Notes: generated by a model not told the origin, from the sequence alone. 64,000 nucleotides of DNA from Octopus vulgaris (GCA_951406725.2 OX597817.1:146258001-146322000), one strand, 5' to 3'. Counted from the stretch's first letter, positions 37,761 through 51,687 are shown. Program-made: numbers and translations.

Positions 37761-37964
37761 AAGCTATACGATAATGCATGATTAACTCAAAACAATGTGA
37801 ATGAGTAAGCATTACATTTGACAAAGTAATCTGAATGCTAAGAGTTAAACTTTCAACTACTTTTTTTTTCTACAGTAAGTCATACAACTACTAGTCTTTA
37901 GTTTCACACTGTGGGGAGATTCCTATGGTAAATCCCCCTTGAAACTGATCCTTGAATACATCTT

Positions 37965-38362
37965 TACTCTTTTACTCTTTTACTTGTTTCAGCCATTTGA
38001 CTGTGGCCATGCTGGAGCACCGCTTTTACTCGAGCATATCTTTGTAAGCCTAGTACTTATTCTATCGGTATCTTTTGCCGAACCACTAAGTTACGGGGAA
38101 ATAAACACACCAGCATCGGTTATGAAGCAATGTTGGGGGGATAAACACAGACACACAAACATATACACACACACATACACACACATATATATATACATAT
38201 ATACGATGGGCTTCTTTCAGTTTCCATCTACCAAATCCACTCACAAGGCTTTGGTTGGCCCAATGTTATAGTAGAAGATACTTGCCCAAGGTGCCACACA
38301 GTGGGACTGAACCTGGAACCATGTGGTTGGTAAGCAAGCTACTTACCACACAGCCACTCCTA
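37965..38362 (-). mobile_element. SINE family A
   Basis: Family match. Confidence 0.9.
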
Positions 38363-38537
38363 CATATGTTTAGATTCACTGCCTAAAAAGATATTGTTTT
38401 TAGCCCATAAGAATGTATTCGGTATTATATAATAGTAAATGCTAAACCACCTTTGCAGACAGACAAACATGCCTTTCAACATTTATTTCAGCCAATCATA
38501 CCTGGTGGCAGCTGTGATAAACCATTGGTTACTTTAA

Positions 38538-38736
38538 CCCTTTAGCCCTGACACTCTACTAATTTTATCTTCAAACCGCCCATATCTGGCCTCTCTCACC
38601 TAACCTAAAATGTCATTCTAAAAATATACAATCACATCATTAAAATCACAAAGCTGCAAGATAATGAATTATTAGTACAAAACAATATGAATAAAAAAAG
38701 CTTTATATAAGACAGAGTAATCTGAATGCTAAACGG
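38538..38736. mobile_element. piggyBac-like MITE
   Basis: TTAA|CCCTTTAGC...GCTAAACGG|TTAA. Confidence 0.78.
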
Positions 38737-38905
38737 TTAAGGACCTATTTCTATTTTTATGCCAAAATTACCATTTCAGAACATTCTTGAATATAAATCT
38801 TGCCAGATTCTGCTTAAAGTAGCCAAAAGTTTTGCTTCATGGTTGGGCCATTAAAAGGCATTTTTCTCTCATATACACAATGGGAGGCAGCAACACACAC
38901 TTATA

Positions 38906-40132
38906 TTGGGTCACCCTATAAATAATGCAGTATTTTTATATTTCTTTTATTTTCCAAAATTTTCATTTTCTACAATATTCTTCCATCTATCTGGTAGAAT
39001 TGCAAGTCTCCTCTTCCAAAATTGACTTGTCTGTGATGAAAAATACTCCTCCAGTACTGTTCTGACCTTGTCTACAAAATTCATATTTTTTCCATCCAAA
39101 TGATTTTGAAGACTGTGGAATAAATGATAATCAGATGGTGCAATCTCTGGTGAACATGGTGGACAAGGCATCGTTTCCCATTCAAACTGCTCCAGCCTTT
39201 AGAATGTCATCCTTGCTGTATGTGGCCAAGCATTGTCCTGATGGAAGGACAAGTTTCATCTTGAAACCACAGATGGTCGTTTTTCTTCTAGTGCTGACTT
39301 AAGTTGCTCAAGCTGCTCGCAGTAGATCTCCTTTGTTATCGTTTGGTTTGGTTTGGTTTGAAAAGTTCAAAGTGTATTAAACTGTTCATATCCCACCAAA
39401 AAGATAGCAACACCTTATGCTTTAGCCTAGGGTGCCAGTCCTCCTTTCCCTACCCACTGTCTTCAGTGCTTGACATTTTTATAGAGAACCCATTTCTCAT
39501 CACCAGTCACTCACTATTCAGTTCAAAAAAGGTTTATTCATGAGACATGATACACATTCATTCACTGCATGTGATTAGACTCAAAATGTTTGTGAGGAAT
39601 CAATTGATCCAATCTGCTGGCTTTTCTGATGGCACACAGGTGTTGATGAATGGTTGAATGACCACATCCAAACCTCTCTGCTAGTTCTTCAACAATTACA
39701 ATAGGATTTTGTTCCACCTGGGTTTGTAGGGCATCTTTATTGATCTTTACATATCTTTCACAATGAGGCTTGTCTTCTTAGCTGTAGTTTCCAGCTCAAA
39801 ATTTCTGGAACCACCATTGACACTAGCTTACACTTATTGTTTGATCCCCATTTACTGCATTAATATTCATTGCACTTTCCATTGCGTTGTTGCCTTTATT
39901 GAACTCATAAAACAAAATATGCCGAATATGCTCCTTTCTCACTTCCATTAAAGCTTTGAAAAAATAACTGTTAAAATTGAACTGCACTCTTCAAAATTTC
40001 CACTAGGAAGAAGTACAAGGTAAAATTACTACCTGCTTTTAGAGCAAGTTGATGCAGGTAGTTTATCCCATTCCCCCTCTGACTTTTAGTTCTTGCAATT
40101 GAAAAAACTGTATTATTTATGGGATGACCCAA
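38906..40132 (-). mobile_element. Near full-length decayed mariner transposon
   Basis: TIRs TTGGGTCACCCTATAAATAATGCAGT and ACTGTATTATTTATGGGATGACCCAA, TA TSD; MEVRKEHIRHILFYEFNKG start at 39948; PPCSPEIAPSDYHLF motif; stops. Confidence 0.93.
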
Positions 40133-40447
40133 TATTTAGCAAAGATACACTTCTTATCTATAATTTTCTCTCTTTTTAAATACACCACAGATATGATAAC
40201 AATTGTATAATTATCAAATATGCTCATCCTTATGCTCTTCTATATTGAACTCTTTTCTAACTCAATATGATAACTTTCTAACAGTCAAATAACTGGAATA
40301 AACTCATCAATTTGATATCGTATCATTATCTCTTTCTTCATCCCTCAATAACCTGATATTCTCTTTTACATAATATTTGGTGACACCATGTTCTATTTGA
40401 TAATTCATCATTAATTTCTCAACTACTTATCTGGAGTTCCAATGTCT

Positions 40448-40757
40448 TGGCACGTAAAAGGGCACCATTCGAGCATGATCGTTACCAACGTTGCATTACT
40501 GGCACCTGTGCTGGTGGCATGTGTATAAAGATTCGAGCAAGGTCGTTGCCAGTACCGCCTGACTGGCCCCAGTGCCGGTGACACGTAAAATGCACCCACT
40601 ACACTCTCGGAGTGGTTGGCATTAGGAAGGGCATCCAGCTGTAGAAACTGCCAGATCAAGATTGGAGCCTGGTGCAGCCATCTGGTTCGCCAGCCCTCAG
40701 TCAAAATCGTCCAACCCATGCTAGCATGGAAAGCGGACGTTAAACGATGATGATGAT
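40448..40757 (+). mobile_element. RTE 3' UTR fragment
   Basis: Family match. Confidence 0.9.
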
Positions 40758-41939
40758 TTTAATTGTTTATTAAAGAATTTGTTGGGTGAGTGTTGTATAC
40801 TTGCCATCGTCAATAGCTTTTCTCTATTGCTTTCATCTCTGGTCTGTCTCCCAAGCCTTGTTAGCTTTCAGTCATCATTGATACTTTAGGAACTTTGCTT
40901 CTTTCTAGGTAGGCGTGTAAGTCCCCTGCAAACCCCTTTTTATTTCTGGAAAGAGGTGGTCCACATTAATCTTTTTTCTGTCCTTTGATCTATCCAGCAT
41001 AGAATCCCTACCAGCGATAGTGTAGCTAGAGTGTGTGCCACCCAGGATGGCCCTTTAGTTTGCTGTCCCCAGTTCCCAACAAAAAATACATATCGCCTAT
41101 AGCAGACCCAAAAGTGGTGCCACCCCCATAAAAGTGCCACCCAGGGCAGACCATCCCATCCACCCACTTCTAGCTATGTTAGTGCCTACCAGAAGCTTGC
41201 ACTTCACTGGCATAGCTTTCAGGGTCACTGAGGTACACAAGTCCCTAATCCACTACAGGGATTGGACCCTGTAGTGGGTGTGTTGTATACCTGGAGCAAG
41301 CTTCAGAAAATTGGTCATGTTGCTTGCTCACTATGTATGCTAATGAATTCAGAATTATACATTCTGTTGACAGGAATGAAGTGATTACAGAAGTTTTTGT
41401 CTGTTACAACACTCTGCTTTTAAGAGTTCCTTCGACAGGTGACAACATGAATTAGGAAATAGCTTTTCGTTTCTTTTTATTGTATTGAGAAATGTTGAGC
41501 ATTACTCTTGTTTTTCCTTCTTGTTGTTATCTTTTAGCTCCAGGCCAACCTGATTGAACAGACTTATGAGTAAAAGCATTCTGAAAGTGGCTTTCCCTTA
41601 TTTTCCTGTGTAGGTAACTCAAACCTCATTATCCAATATTTCTTTTATAAGGTAAAACGTGATTTAAAGAAAATTTGGCTGCTATTTCTACCAGGTCAAA
41701 TGACCATATAAAATGGCTCCCTTTTTGATTCATTTTTTCCTTTGGTGAAGGGCTGAACTCAGTACTTCCGTTGAATGAATACAGACTGGACTTATTTGAA
41801 TGGCAACAAAATAACATGAAAAACAAAATAAATAATCTAAAATGAAGAAGAAAATTTTGGAAGGCTGTTACAACTACACTTTGAAAAATATCCCAAAATG
41901 GAGGATCTGTCAAAGTATTTGTAGAAACACATATTTTTT

Positions 41940-42153
41940 TTTTTTTGTTTTAGTTTCAGCTCAGAGCTGCAGCAATGCTGATGCACCGCCGTTTGAGTAC
42001 AGCAGGGATCACCACCACCCCCTGCTGGAGCCTCGTGGAGCTTTTAGGTGTTTTCGCTCAATAAACACTCGCAACGCCCGGTCTATGAATCGAAACCGCG
42101 ATCCTACGACCGCAAATTCGCTGCCATAACCACTGGGCCATTGTGCCTCCACA
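41940..42153 (-). mobile_element. tRNA-derived SINE family C (possibly Arg-like head), internally deleted
   Basis: Head TGGCCCAGTGG (A box) and GTTTCGATTC (B box); tail GGCGGTGCATCAGCAT...CTGAAAC resembles the family A tail. Confidence 0.7.
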
Positions 42154-42329
42154 TGGTAAGAAATGATAAGTTGCTTGCCACTTGGTAAGAAATTATAAGT
42201 TGCTTGCAAATACCAAAGGCAAACATCTTCTTGAAAAATGGTAGAAGATGCCAAAAAAGTAGTAGCTTTGGCCATTTACAACTATAGTTGTTCATGGCAC
42301 GAGTCAAAAAATTTATGTCTCATCTTTTT

Positions 42330-42930
42330 CTTATTGCAGTCATTAGACTGCAGCCATGCTGGAGCACTGCCATGAAGCATTTACTTAAACAGATCAACCT
42401 CTGTAATTATTTTTTAAGCCTGGTACTTATTCTATTGGCCTCTTTTACCTCACTACTTAGTTAAGGGGACATAAACAAACCAACACCAGTTGTCAAGTGA
42501 TGAGGGGTCAAACATATATACACACACACAACAGGTTTCTTTCAGGTTTCTAAGGTGGCGAGCTGGCAGAAACGCTAGCACGCTGAGTGAAATGCTTAGC
42601 GGTATTTTGTCTGTCTTTACGTTCTGAGTTCAAATTCCACCGAGGTCAACTTTGCCTTTCATCCTTTCAGGGTCGATAAATTAAGTACCAGTTACACACT
42701 GGGGTTGATATAATCGACTTAATCCGTTTGTGTGTCCTTGTTTATCCTTTCTGTGTTTAGCCCCTTGTGGGTAGTAAAGAAATAGGTTTCTTTCAGTTTC
42801 CATCTATCAGATCCACTCACAAGGCTTTGGTTGGCCCAAGGTATAGTAGAAGACACTTGCCCAAGGTGCCGTTCAGTAGGACTGAACCTGGAACCATGTG
42901 ATTGGGAAGCAAACATCTTACCACACAAGG
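42330..42930 (-). mobile_element. SINE family A split by a plus-strand family B SINE (42553-42787)
   Basis: Halves of A flank B; AGGTTTCTTTCAG recurs at both junctions. Confidence 0.82.
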
Positions 42931-42999
42931 AAGTTAATAACAGCCTTATAACCAGTCTCAGAGGAAAGTAAACCAATGAATTCAGTTTTAATAAATTTT

Positions 43000-43510
43000 C
43001 CTTCATTGGACATTAAACTCTGCTTGCGAAGACATGTTGAGGCAAGCGAAATCAAAATCAAATTCGATGACTGGCATCCGTGCTAGTGAAGTGCTAAGAG
43101 CACCATCCAAGCGTGATTGTTGCCAGAGCAGCTAATTGGCTTCCGTGCCGGTGGCACATAAAAAGCACTATTTGAGCATGATTGTTACCAGTGTCGCCTT
43201 ACTGGCACATGAAAAAACATTCGAGTGAGGTCGTTGCCAGTGCTGATGGAGTGGCTCCTGTGCAGGTGGCACGTAAAAAACACCATTTGAGTGTGGCCAT
43301 TGCCAGTACCACCTCACTGGCCCTCGTGCCGGTGGCACGTAAAAGCACCCACTACACTCTCGGAGTGGTTGGCGTTAGGAAGGGCATCCAGCTGTAGAAA
43401 CTCTGCCAGATCAGATTGGAGCCTGGTGCAGCAACCATCTGGTTTGCCAGCCCTCAGTCATTCATCCAACCCATGCTAGCATGGAAAGCGGACGTTAAAC
43501 GATGATGATG
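43000..43510 (+). mobile_element. RTE 3' UTR fragment
   Basis: Family match with 4-5 internal units. Confidence 0.9.
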
Positions 43511-44254
43511 CCTATAAATACAAAAACAGAATACAACAGAAACATAGAGTGGAAATAAATAGCTATAAACCTTCAGTAAATAAATTACAAATGGCTCCCA
43601 GTCGCCTTTAACGAATGTAAACAGCAACACATCTTCACTGTTGGATTTTGGTTACTGTTAGAGATTTCTACAACATTGGTTTTGAATACAACAAAGATGT
43701 TAACAAACTGCAAAATTCAAAGGTAATCGTTTTTGTGTGTGAGAAGGTGGGCAACAAGAATAACATTTTTGGCAAGTTTGCCAAATATATTTTCTTTCTT
43801 GTTTACATATTTCTCTTGGTTTTGAGAATTTGAAAATAATTTTGGAAAAAAAAGAAGGATTTAGAAATAAGATATTTCGTTCATGTCTGTTTCATTAAGT
43901 TTACTTATAATTGGTACAAATATACTTTTTTTCTGACATTATACATGTAAATGCAGGCATTCATGTGTTGTGTATGTTTACAAAGTAGTTAGTCTCCGGA
44001 TTTCTGAGTTTGGCTTTGTTGCTCTTCCAAGTTAGATCTTTTACAATTTACTTGTTTCTGCCACTCGACTGCAGTCATGTTGGGTAACTACATTGGAGAG
44101 TTTAGTCAAACAAATTAACCTCTGTACTTAACTTTTTAAACCTGGTTCTTATTCTATGGGTTTACCAAACCACTAAGTTATGGGCACATAAGAAAAACAA
44201 AACCAGCTGTCAAGCAGTAGTAGGGGAGAAACATATAATAAGGCACACACATAT

Positions 44255-44455
44255 ACTCTTTTACTCTTTTACTTGTTTCAGTCATTTGACTGTGGCCATG
44301 CTGGAGCACTGCCTTTAGTTGAGCACATCGACCCCAGGACTTATTCTTTGTAAGCCTAGTACTTATTCTATCAGTCTCTTTTGCCGAACCGCTAAGTTAC
44401 GGGGACGTAAACACACCAGCATTGGTTGTCAAGCGATGTTGGGGGGACAAACACA

Positions 44456-44544
<89 letters not shown>

Positions 44545-44657
44545 GGCTTTGGTTGGCGCGAGGCTATAGTAGAAGACACTTGCCCAAGGTGCCACACAGT
44601 GGGACTGAACCTGGAATCATGTTGTTTGTAAGCAAGCTACTTACCACACAGCCACTC
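44255..44657 (-). mobile_element. SINE family A with expanded (CA)n, nested in an older A copy (about 44035-44720)
   Basis: Family match; (CA)n at about 44457-44542. Confidence 0.88.
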
Positions 44658-44873
44658 TAGGCTTCTTTCAGTTTCCATTGACTAAATCCATTCACAAGGC
44701 TTTGGTCAGTCTGGAATTATACTTAAAGTTATTTTAATGTTTCCAGAAATATTATTTTAAATAAATTTCTATATCAATAACTTTTGAAGAAAAATCCTCC
44801 TTTTCATGCATATGTACAAATCAGATATCACTCTATTTTTAAATCTCACAACGTGAGAGATTCAGCAACAGTA

Positions 44874-45152
44874 CTTTGTAGTAAAGATTGTTTGCCAACA
44901 TAACATGGCAGTCCTGGTTTAGGACAAATGTTACTGTAATTAAGCCCCAGGAGATATCGTCTCCAGCTGGCTATACATTACGATCTGTATCCTTATATTT
45001 TCACAAGCTAGATTCCCTTGTTCAAAAATATACGGACACAGATCATGTCATATAGCCAACAGGAGATGATGTCTCCTGGGGCTAAATTACAGCAACATTC
45101 GTCCTAAACCAGGACTGCCATATTATGTTGGCAAACAATCTTTACTCCAAAG
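44874..45152. mobile_element. Palindromic MITE with about 125-bp arms
   Basis: CTTTGTAGTAAAGATTGTTTGCCAACATAA...TTATGTTGGCAAACAATCTTTACTCCAAAG; short central spacer. Confidence 0.85.
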
Positions 45153-45218
45153 ATATCCCTCTGTTAGGAAATTGAGTCACCATTCCTTCGAGGGCAGTTT
45201 GAAGCTACATCATCAAAG

Positions 45219-45372
45219 AGTGCACTTGGTTTCTACAATGAGTGTGAATGGCTTCTCCAATGAGTGCAGCTGGCTTCTATTACACATACGATGAACACAG
45301 ATGGCTTCTACTAAAGTATAGCTATTTACTACAAGTGCAGATGACTTCTACAAGTGACGCTGGCTTCTACAG
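45219..45372. repeat. Degenerate minisatellite, about 21-bp unit (GTGCAGATGGCTTCTACAATGA-like)
   Basis: TGGCTTCTAC-like core recurs about 6-7 times. Confidence 0.65.
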
Positions 45373-46699
45373 CCCTAGATTAGTTTCAAAACTAATCCAT
45401 TCTTAATCACTAATGGATTTAAATACTAATCCATGCAAAATCATCACTATGAGTTTGAAAACTAGTCCATACCATAATTAGCATTATATCCACCTCATCA
45501 TCATTTAACATCTGTTTTCCATGCTGGCATGGGTTGGACGGTTTGACCAGATCTGGCAAGCTGGGGGTCTGCACCAAGGCCCCAGTCATCTCTTTTGGCA
45601 TGGTTTCTCTAGCTGGTTGCCCTTCCTCATGTCAACCATTGTTTAAGTCCTTGTACCTTAGTGGTTTTATGTGATGTCTGCATGGGTGCTTTGTACCTGG
45701 CGCCAGCATGAGGTAATTTTCATGTGGCACCAGCATAGACGTTTTTCATGTGATGTCAGCTTGGGTGCTTTTTACACAGCATGGCCATAATTTTACTTAG
45801 TATGATGTGTCTTCTCAAGCACAGCAAATCACCAGAAGTCTCAGTTCCTCGTCATCTCCTCTGTGGAACTCAACCTTGATAAAAAGAAAGGAAGATATAA
45901 CATTCTTATAATGGAAGGTTGGAAATATCTGCTGTATCATAATCCAACCAGATGGCCATTTGAATCATAATATTTTACAAGGCTAGGAATTTGATGAGGG
46001 GCTGATCTCTACAAATATACATGAGAAGTTGAATGGGTACACACTAGACTCAATACATAGCCCACAATACCATTTTTCTCCCCAAACTATGAGAATGTTA
46101 CTGCTATTGCTGAACACTTTGGATCACATGATCACATCCAAGGAAAAGGTCAATCAACTGATTGACACGAAATCACTCACAGACATACATGAATTACTCT
46201 TATTTACCTCAAACACAGGCAGTAAGCTGGCAGAATTGTTAGTGCACCAGGCGAAATGCTTAGCAGTATTTTGTCCTTACATTCTAAGTTCAAATTTCAC
46301 TGAGGTCCACTTTGCTTTTCGTCCTTTCAGGCTCAATAAAATAAGTACCAGTTGTGCACTGGGGTCGATGTAATTGACTTAACCACTCGTGCGTAAGAGT
46401 ATAAAATACTGCACCCCTCTGTTGAGCCAGTGTGGAATAGTAGGTTCAACAAACCAGTGGAGAGAACATGCTGAGGTTTTCCTCCTGCAGTGGACTGAAC
46501 ATAGGTACTCCAAACGTGTTCCAGTCCAATCTCAAAGACTAAATAGAAAGACAGAAACTATCACAGAGACCAAATTACTTTACCTGCTGTCACTGTGATC
46601 TTTGATGCCAGAATCTACAGGTGTACAGAGACAGACTGGATATTGGACAGATTGTATCATTCTTATACATCTGCATCACAATGTCATACGATAGATGTA

Positions 46700-46906
46700 A
46701 ACGTGTGGTTAAGAAACCACAAGGTTTTGAGTTCAGTCTCCCTGCATGGCATCTTGGGCAAGTGTCTTCTACTAAAGTCCAGTGCTTTGTAAATGGAATT
46801 TGTATATGGAAACTGTGTGGAAACCCTTCCTATGTGTGCGTGTATGTGTGCGTGTGTGTGTGTGTGTGTGTGTGCATGTGTGTGCATGCTTGTGAATATG
46901 TGTACA

Positions 46907-46938
<32 letters not shown>

Positions 46939-47190
46939 TATGTGTGTATGCATGTGAATAAGTGTACATGTGTGTGTGTGTGTGTGTGTGTGCGTGTTCA
47001 CTCCAACTGCTTGAAAACCAGCATTGGTTTGTTTAAGTCCTTGTACCTTAGTGGTTTGGCAAAAAGGCTGATAGAAAAAGTACCAGACTTAAAAAATAAG
47101 TACAGTAGTTTATTTGTTTGATTAAGCCCTTCAAGGCTGTGCCCCAGCATGGCCGCATTCCAATGAGTGAAACAATTAAAAGATAACAGA
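46700..47190 (+). mobile_element. SINE family A, degenerate, with expanded (TG) tract
   Basis: Head, core and tail recognisable. Confidence 0.8.
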
Positions 47191-47361
47191 TAGCTGACCA
47201 CTGCATGTTGGAATATGTCAAGCAGTTTTTTTCAGCTGGATAAATTGCAGGATGTACCTGGAGCTATGGAGCTGTGGTTCATCCACAGCTATTTGACCGG
47301 CTACATAAGGACCATAGAACAACTCAATCAGGACTGACCTGAGGCGACGAGTGAGAGAGGT

Positions 47362-47418
<57 letters not shown>

Positions 47419-47669
47419 TGAGATCCTTAGAAAAGTCAACTTGGCATAAACATGAGTTTATACTTGATTTTCAAAACCATCTTCTGTCTATCTCTCAATT
47501 GCTTCCAAAAATAAGTTGGTGTCAAGAACATTATTTTTATTTTTAGACAGTCTTAATTTGGCAGACTTCTCTTAGCTTCTAGCAAATAATCTAATGATTA
47601 ATAACAGGCATTGAGGATAAGTAAACCAAACTCACATGTTTCAAGGCTTCAGATTTTGGAAGCAAGGTA

Positions 47670-47860
47670 CAGAGATAGATAGATAGACAGATAGACAGAG
47701 GGATAGATAGAGAGATAGATAAATAGACAGATAGATAAAAAGATAGACAGACAGACAGATAGACAGATAGATACAGACAGACAGACAGACAGACAGACAG
47801 ATAGATAGATAGATAGATAGATAGATAAATAAATAGATAGGTAGGTAGGTAGTTAGGTAG
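47670..47860. repeat. Compound (AGAT)n/(AGAC)n/(AGGT)n microsatellite
   Basis: Direct observation. Confidence 0.95.
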
Positions 47861-48719
47861 GTTCAGTTGTCATGATTTACCGCTCAATCTACAAGATAGA
47901 CAGATAGATAGACAAAGAGATATATAAATAGACAGATAAAATGACAGGCAAGGAAACAGATATACAGACAAGCAGACCGACAGAAATAGAGATATATTGA
48001 TAGAAGATGCTTATACCTATAACTTGTAAGGAAGAAAGTTATGTTGGCTCAGTCCATCTAGCTGTAAGTAGCTATCTATATGTTGAATTTGATTCAAGCC
48101 TACTGTGCAACACCTCAGGCAAATGTCTTTTAAGAGCTTCAATTTGACAGATGTCTATGTGAGTAAAATTTGGTAAAGGGAAACTGAGAACTTATGTAAG
48201 AGGAACCATTCTTGTTGTTGGATGGTTAACCTGTTACTTGCCCCCCCCCCACACACAACCACCATCGCCACTGCCACTGCCACCATCGCACCTGCTGCTA
48301 CAGGTGCTGGTTTAGTCACTACCACCACCACCACCACCTGGCCTTTGGTAGCTTTTCAAGCCTGGTCTCTAGTCTAATGATAACCCCTCCCTTCCCTTCC
48401 ACCATTCCTGGAGACCCTCAAATGTACCATGACTACTACCCTTCATCCTCAAAGTCCTTAAAAAAAATTATATCAATTCATTTACTTGGTTGGTTTATAT
48501 TTCATTCCAACGACCTCAAAACAATGAAAGTCAAAGCATTTTGTCCAATTCTCTGTTTAAGTTGCCAGCCAGTAATTTTTAATATTTCTTTTATACAAAG
48601 AAGAGAGAGAAGGAAGAGAGAAGGAAGAGAGAAAGAGAGAGTGTATGTGTATGTGTGTGTGCAGGTGTGTGAAAGGAAGAGTATAAGAGAGAGAGTATGA
48701 CAGTGTGTTATAAGAGTAT

Positions 48720-48724
48720 GTGAC

Positions 48725-48759
<35 letters not shown>

Positions 48760-48809
48760 TATATATATGAGTGTGTGTGTATGTATATAGGAATATATAT
48801 GTGTGTGTA

Positions 48810-48843
<34 letters not shown>

Positions 48844-49279
48844 AATTAGAAAAAAATATTATATATATACACACATGCACACACACACACACACACATAC
48901 ACACATACACACACGCACGCACACACACACACACACATGCAGAAAAAGAGAGAGATGGCATCAATATTTGTATAGGTTTGACTTGTTCCATTAAAGTAGA
49001 ATTCAAAGGTAACGTACGTTAATTATTCTGAATCTTGAAAAATTTCAATTAATTTCAAGTATGGCACCAAAACAAAGTCATAATATTAAATCAAAACAAA
49101 ACTCATGCAATGTGAGAATCTGAAAAAAAAAAATCTTTGAGATATTTCCTGAGTGTTGATGATGTAAAGAAAGATGAATTGATTCTGACAAAGCTTGGAG
49201 TCAATTCAATAGATTTAAACATACATATATATGTGTACATACATACATACATACATACATACGTACATACATACATACA

Positions 49280-49313
<34 letters not shown>

Positions 49314-49393
49314 CACATGCATATATGCTTATGTGTTCTTATATACGTATGTACATATACACACATATTTATGCATCTATGTATATATGTATG

Positions 49394-49425
<32 letters not shown>

Positions 49426-49431
49426 TGTATG

Positions 49432-49463
<32 letters not shown>

Positions 49464-49492
49464 CATCTACCTATCTATTTATCTAATATATA

Positions 49493-49536
<44 letters not shown>

Positions 49537-49540
49537 TGTA
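48720..49540. repeat. Cluster of (TA), (CA), (TACA), (TATC) and (TG) microsatellites
   Basis: Direct observation. Confidence 0.9.
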
Positions 49541-49975
49541 TTGTTTGGCACCATTTTATTGATTTTATTTGTAATAGTAATATTAATATTTCACACTATG
49601 AACAATTGATCTACGTTCTACATTGCTTTTGAAATCTTCTCAGAGACTAAGCCATTTCACTTCTTGTGATGTTGCAGATGGAAAATCAAAGAGCATGCAT
49701 TAATTGACATTTTCTCTTTTATCCTGAAGTTTAAGGGCTGTAAAGGGAATATTGAGAGATCTAAACCAAATTCAGTTTCAGTGCTGTTGAAGATAAAAAC
49801 TGCCAAATTACATATCTCAATAATTTCATATTAATTTGTCAGCTTAATTGCATAGACATGAAACGAAAACTGAAAGGAAATACCTTCAAAATGGGAAAAT
49901 CTGTTGCTTGAACAGTGAACCTGATATCTTTCTGAATTCAATATCTCTAACACGTATGCTGATAAAATAAAAAAC

Positions 49976-50203
49976 AATGCAGCACCCATGGTCATCATCT
50001 AGGACACAGTCATGTCAGAACCCTAGCTGAGATAGTTGGTCACCAGCTGTCAACTTAAAGCCACATATGGCTATGGTACAGCTATAGTCTGCATTTCCAA
50101 TCTTTGGAAACATAATCCAAAGATGGCTTTAAGTTGACAGCTGGTGAGTAAATATCTTAGCTGGGGCTCTAACATGACAACATCCTTGATAATAGTTATG
50201 GGT
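49976..50203. repeat. Imperfect inverted repeat (old MITE-like)
   Basis: CACCAGCTGTCAACTTAAAGCCA pairs with TGGCTTTAAGTTGACAGCTGGTG; arms about 90-100 bp. Confidence 0.75.
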
Positions 50204-50205
50204 TA

Positions 50206-50568
50206 CTAGCACTATGACCCAGCAATGCCGCGTCATGGTGCTAGTGCATGCATATACAGCTGCATGCGTGTGCACATACACGCGAGTACTGTCCAAATCT
50301 CTGACCAATCACATACAGCTAATCAATTGGCGTATCAAGTTTCGGACATTTCAATTGGGTTTTGGATAGAAAATTCGCAAAAAAGTCACTTCTATTGATT
50401 TTTTAATGGTTTTGTGGGGTGACTGGGGAAATGTAAAGATGTGCACGACCACCCTTGGATGGTTTTAAATGACCATAGAAAGTGCGAGCTCTCTAATTGA
50501 AAAATTGTGGATTTGTATTAAGGACACACACACACAGACAGACATTTTGCTGTTTATATATATATAGA
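50206..50568 (-). mobile_element. Non-autonomous Helitron
   Basis: Minus strand A|TCTATATATAT 5' end, subterminal hairpin and CTAG|T 3' end; no TSD. Confidence 0.8.
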
Positions 50569-50599
50569 TTTTAAAAGCATGATTATGCTTCCAACAAAG

Positions 50600-50950
50600 A
50601 ACTGCTTGCATGCATGCATCAGCTTGCAACTGCCCACCTCACAGCTTTCTGTCACATGCACTGGTATGGACATCTCCTCTATCTCCTGCTAGATCATCCT
50701 ACCAGGGCTTTACCATCATTCAACGCAGCAACTGTGGGCTGGTAGAGATCTTGTGGCAGACCCCGCACCAGATGGCTGGATTGGGGGAGATCTCCAGAGG
50801 CCCAACGTCACCTTGGAGGATGCAGAGGAGTTGGCATGAGACAGCCAGCAATGGTGACCACTGGTGGACTGGATCACCTCTCCTCTACACATAACGAAAC
50901 CTCTGGGATAAATTAACTAGGAATGACCCCAGCTCCATCAAGCAAGAGCA
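50600..50950 (+). mobile_element. Decayed RTE-like LINE 3' end
   Basis: HWYGHLL...GRPRTRWLD motif with stops. Confidence 0.6.
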
Positions 50951-51582
50951 TGAAGCCAGAAGCCAGCCAGATCTCCAATTGAGAATTCCTATCTTGTCCA
51001 GAATATCAATTTACTGAAAGCTATTCAAAAATGTGCTGCCACATGAATGCCCTTCCCCAGTTACTCATCATATATTGAATGTATTGCTTCTCTGGTTATC
51101 AACTCACTAAAGTTTTTGATGCTTAGCAACTAACTTGGTAGAAGTCCCCAAGATTATCCACAACGTTTACAACAACTTTGGCCACCCTTTTCGATTCAGC
51201 ATCTCTGCTACCTGTAGACGCACCTAAAAATTTTAAAAAAAACCCCAAAAACATGCAACACCTCTCATTTTTCGGAACATTTTTTCCCTGCTTAGAATTG
51301 TCAAAGCATGGAATAAACTACCCACACTGGTTGTTAGCTGTCAGAACATTGCATCCTTCCAAAGTTTCCTGTTTCTTGAAATTTGCTAGTATGACTCTTG
51401 ACATAGATATGTACTCTTTCCTCTTTTTGCTGTTCACTTTTCCGTGCTTTTGTTTTATTCTATATACAATACAAGTACTTCTGGCAATAATTGCTATCTT
51501 TTTTATTTGGTTTATTGCTACTTTCTGTCACCTCTTTGACCCTTTTCTGACCAGCTGTATTGCACTTGAATACTGTATACAA

Positions 51583-51687
<105 letters not shown>

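Larger units (their letters stand above)
36804..37844. mobile_element. piggyBac-like MITE interrupted by a solo LTR
   Basis: TTAA at 36800-36803 and 37845-37848; termini CCTTTAGTATTCA...TGAATGCTAAGAG; same family as 38538-38736. Confidence 0.75.
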
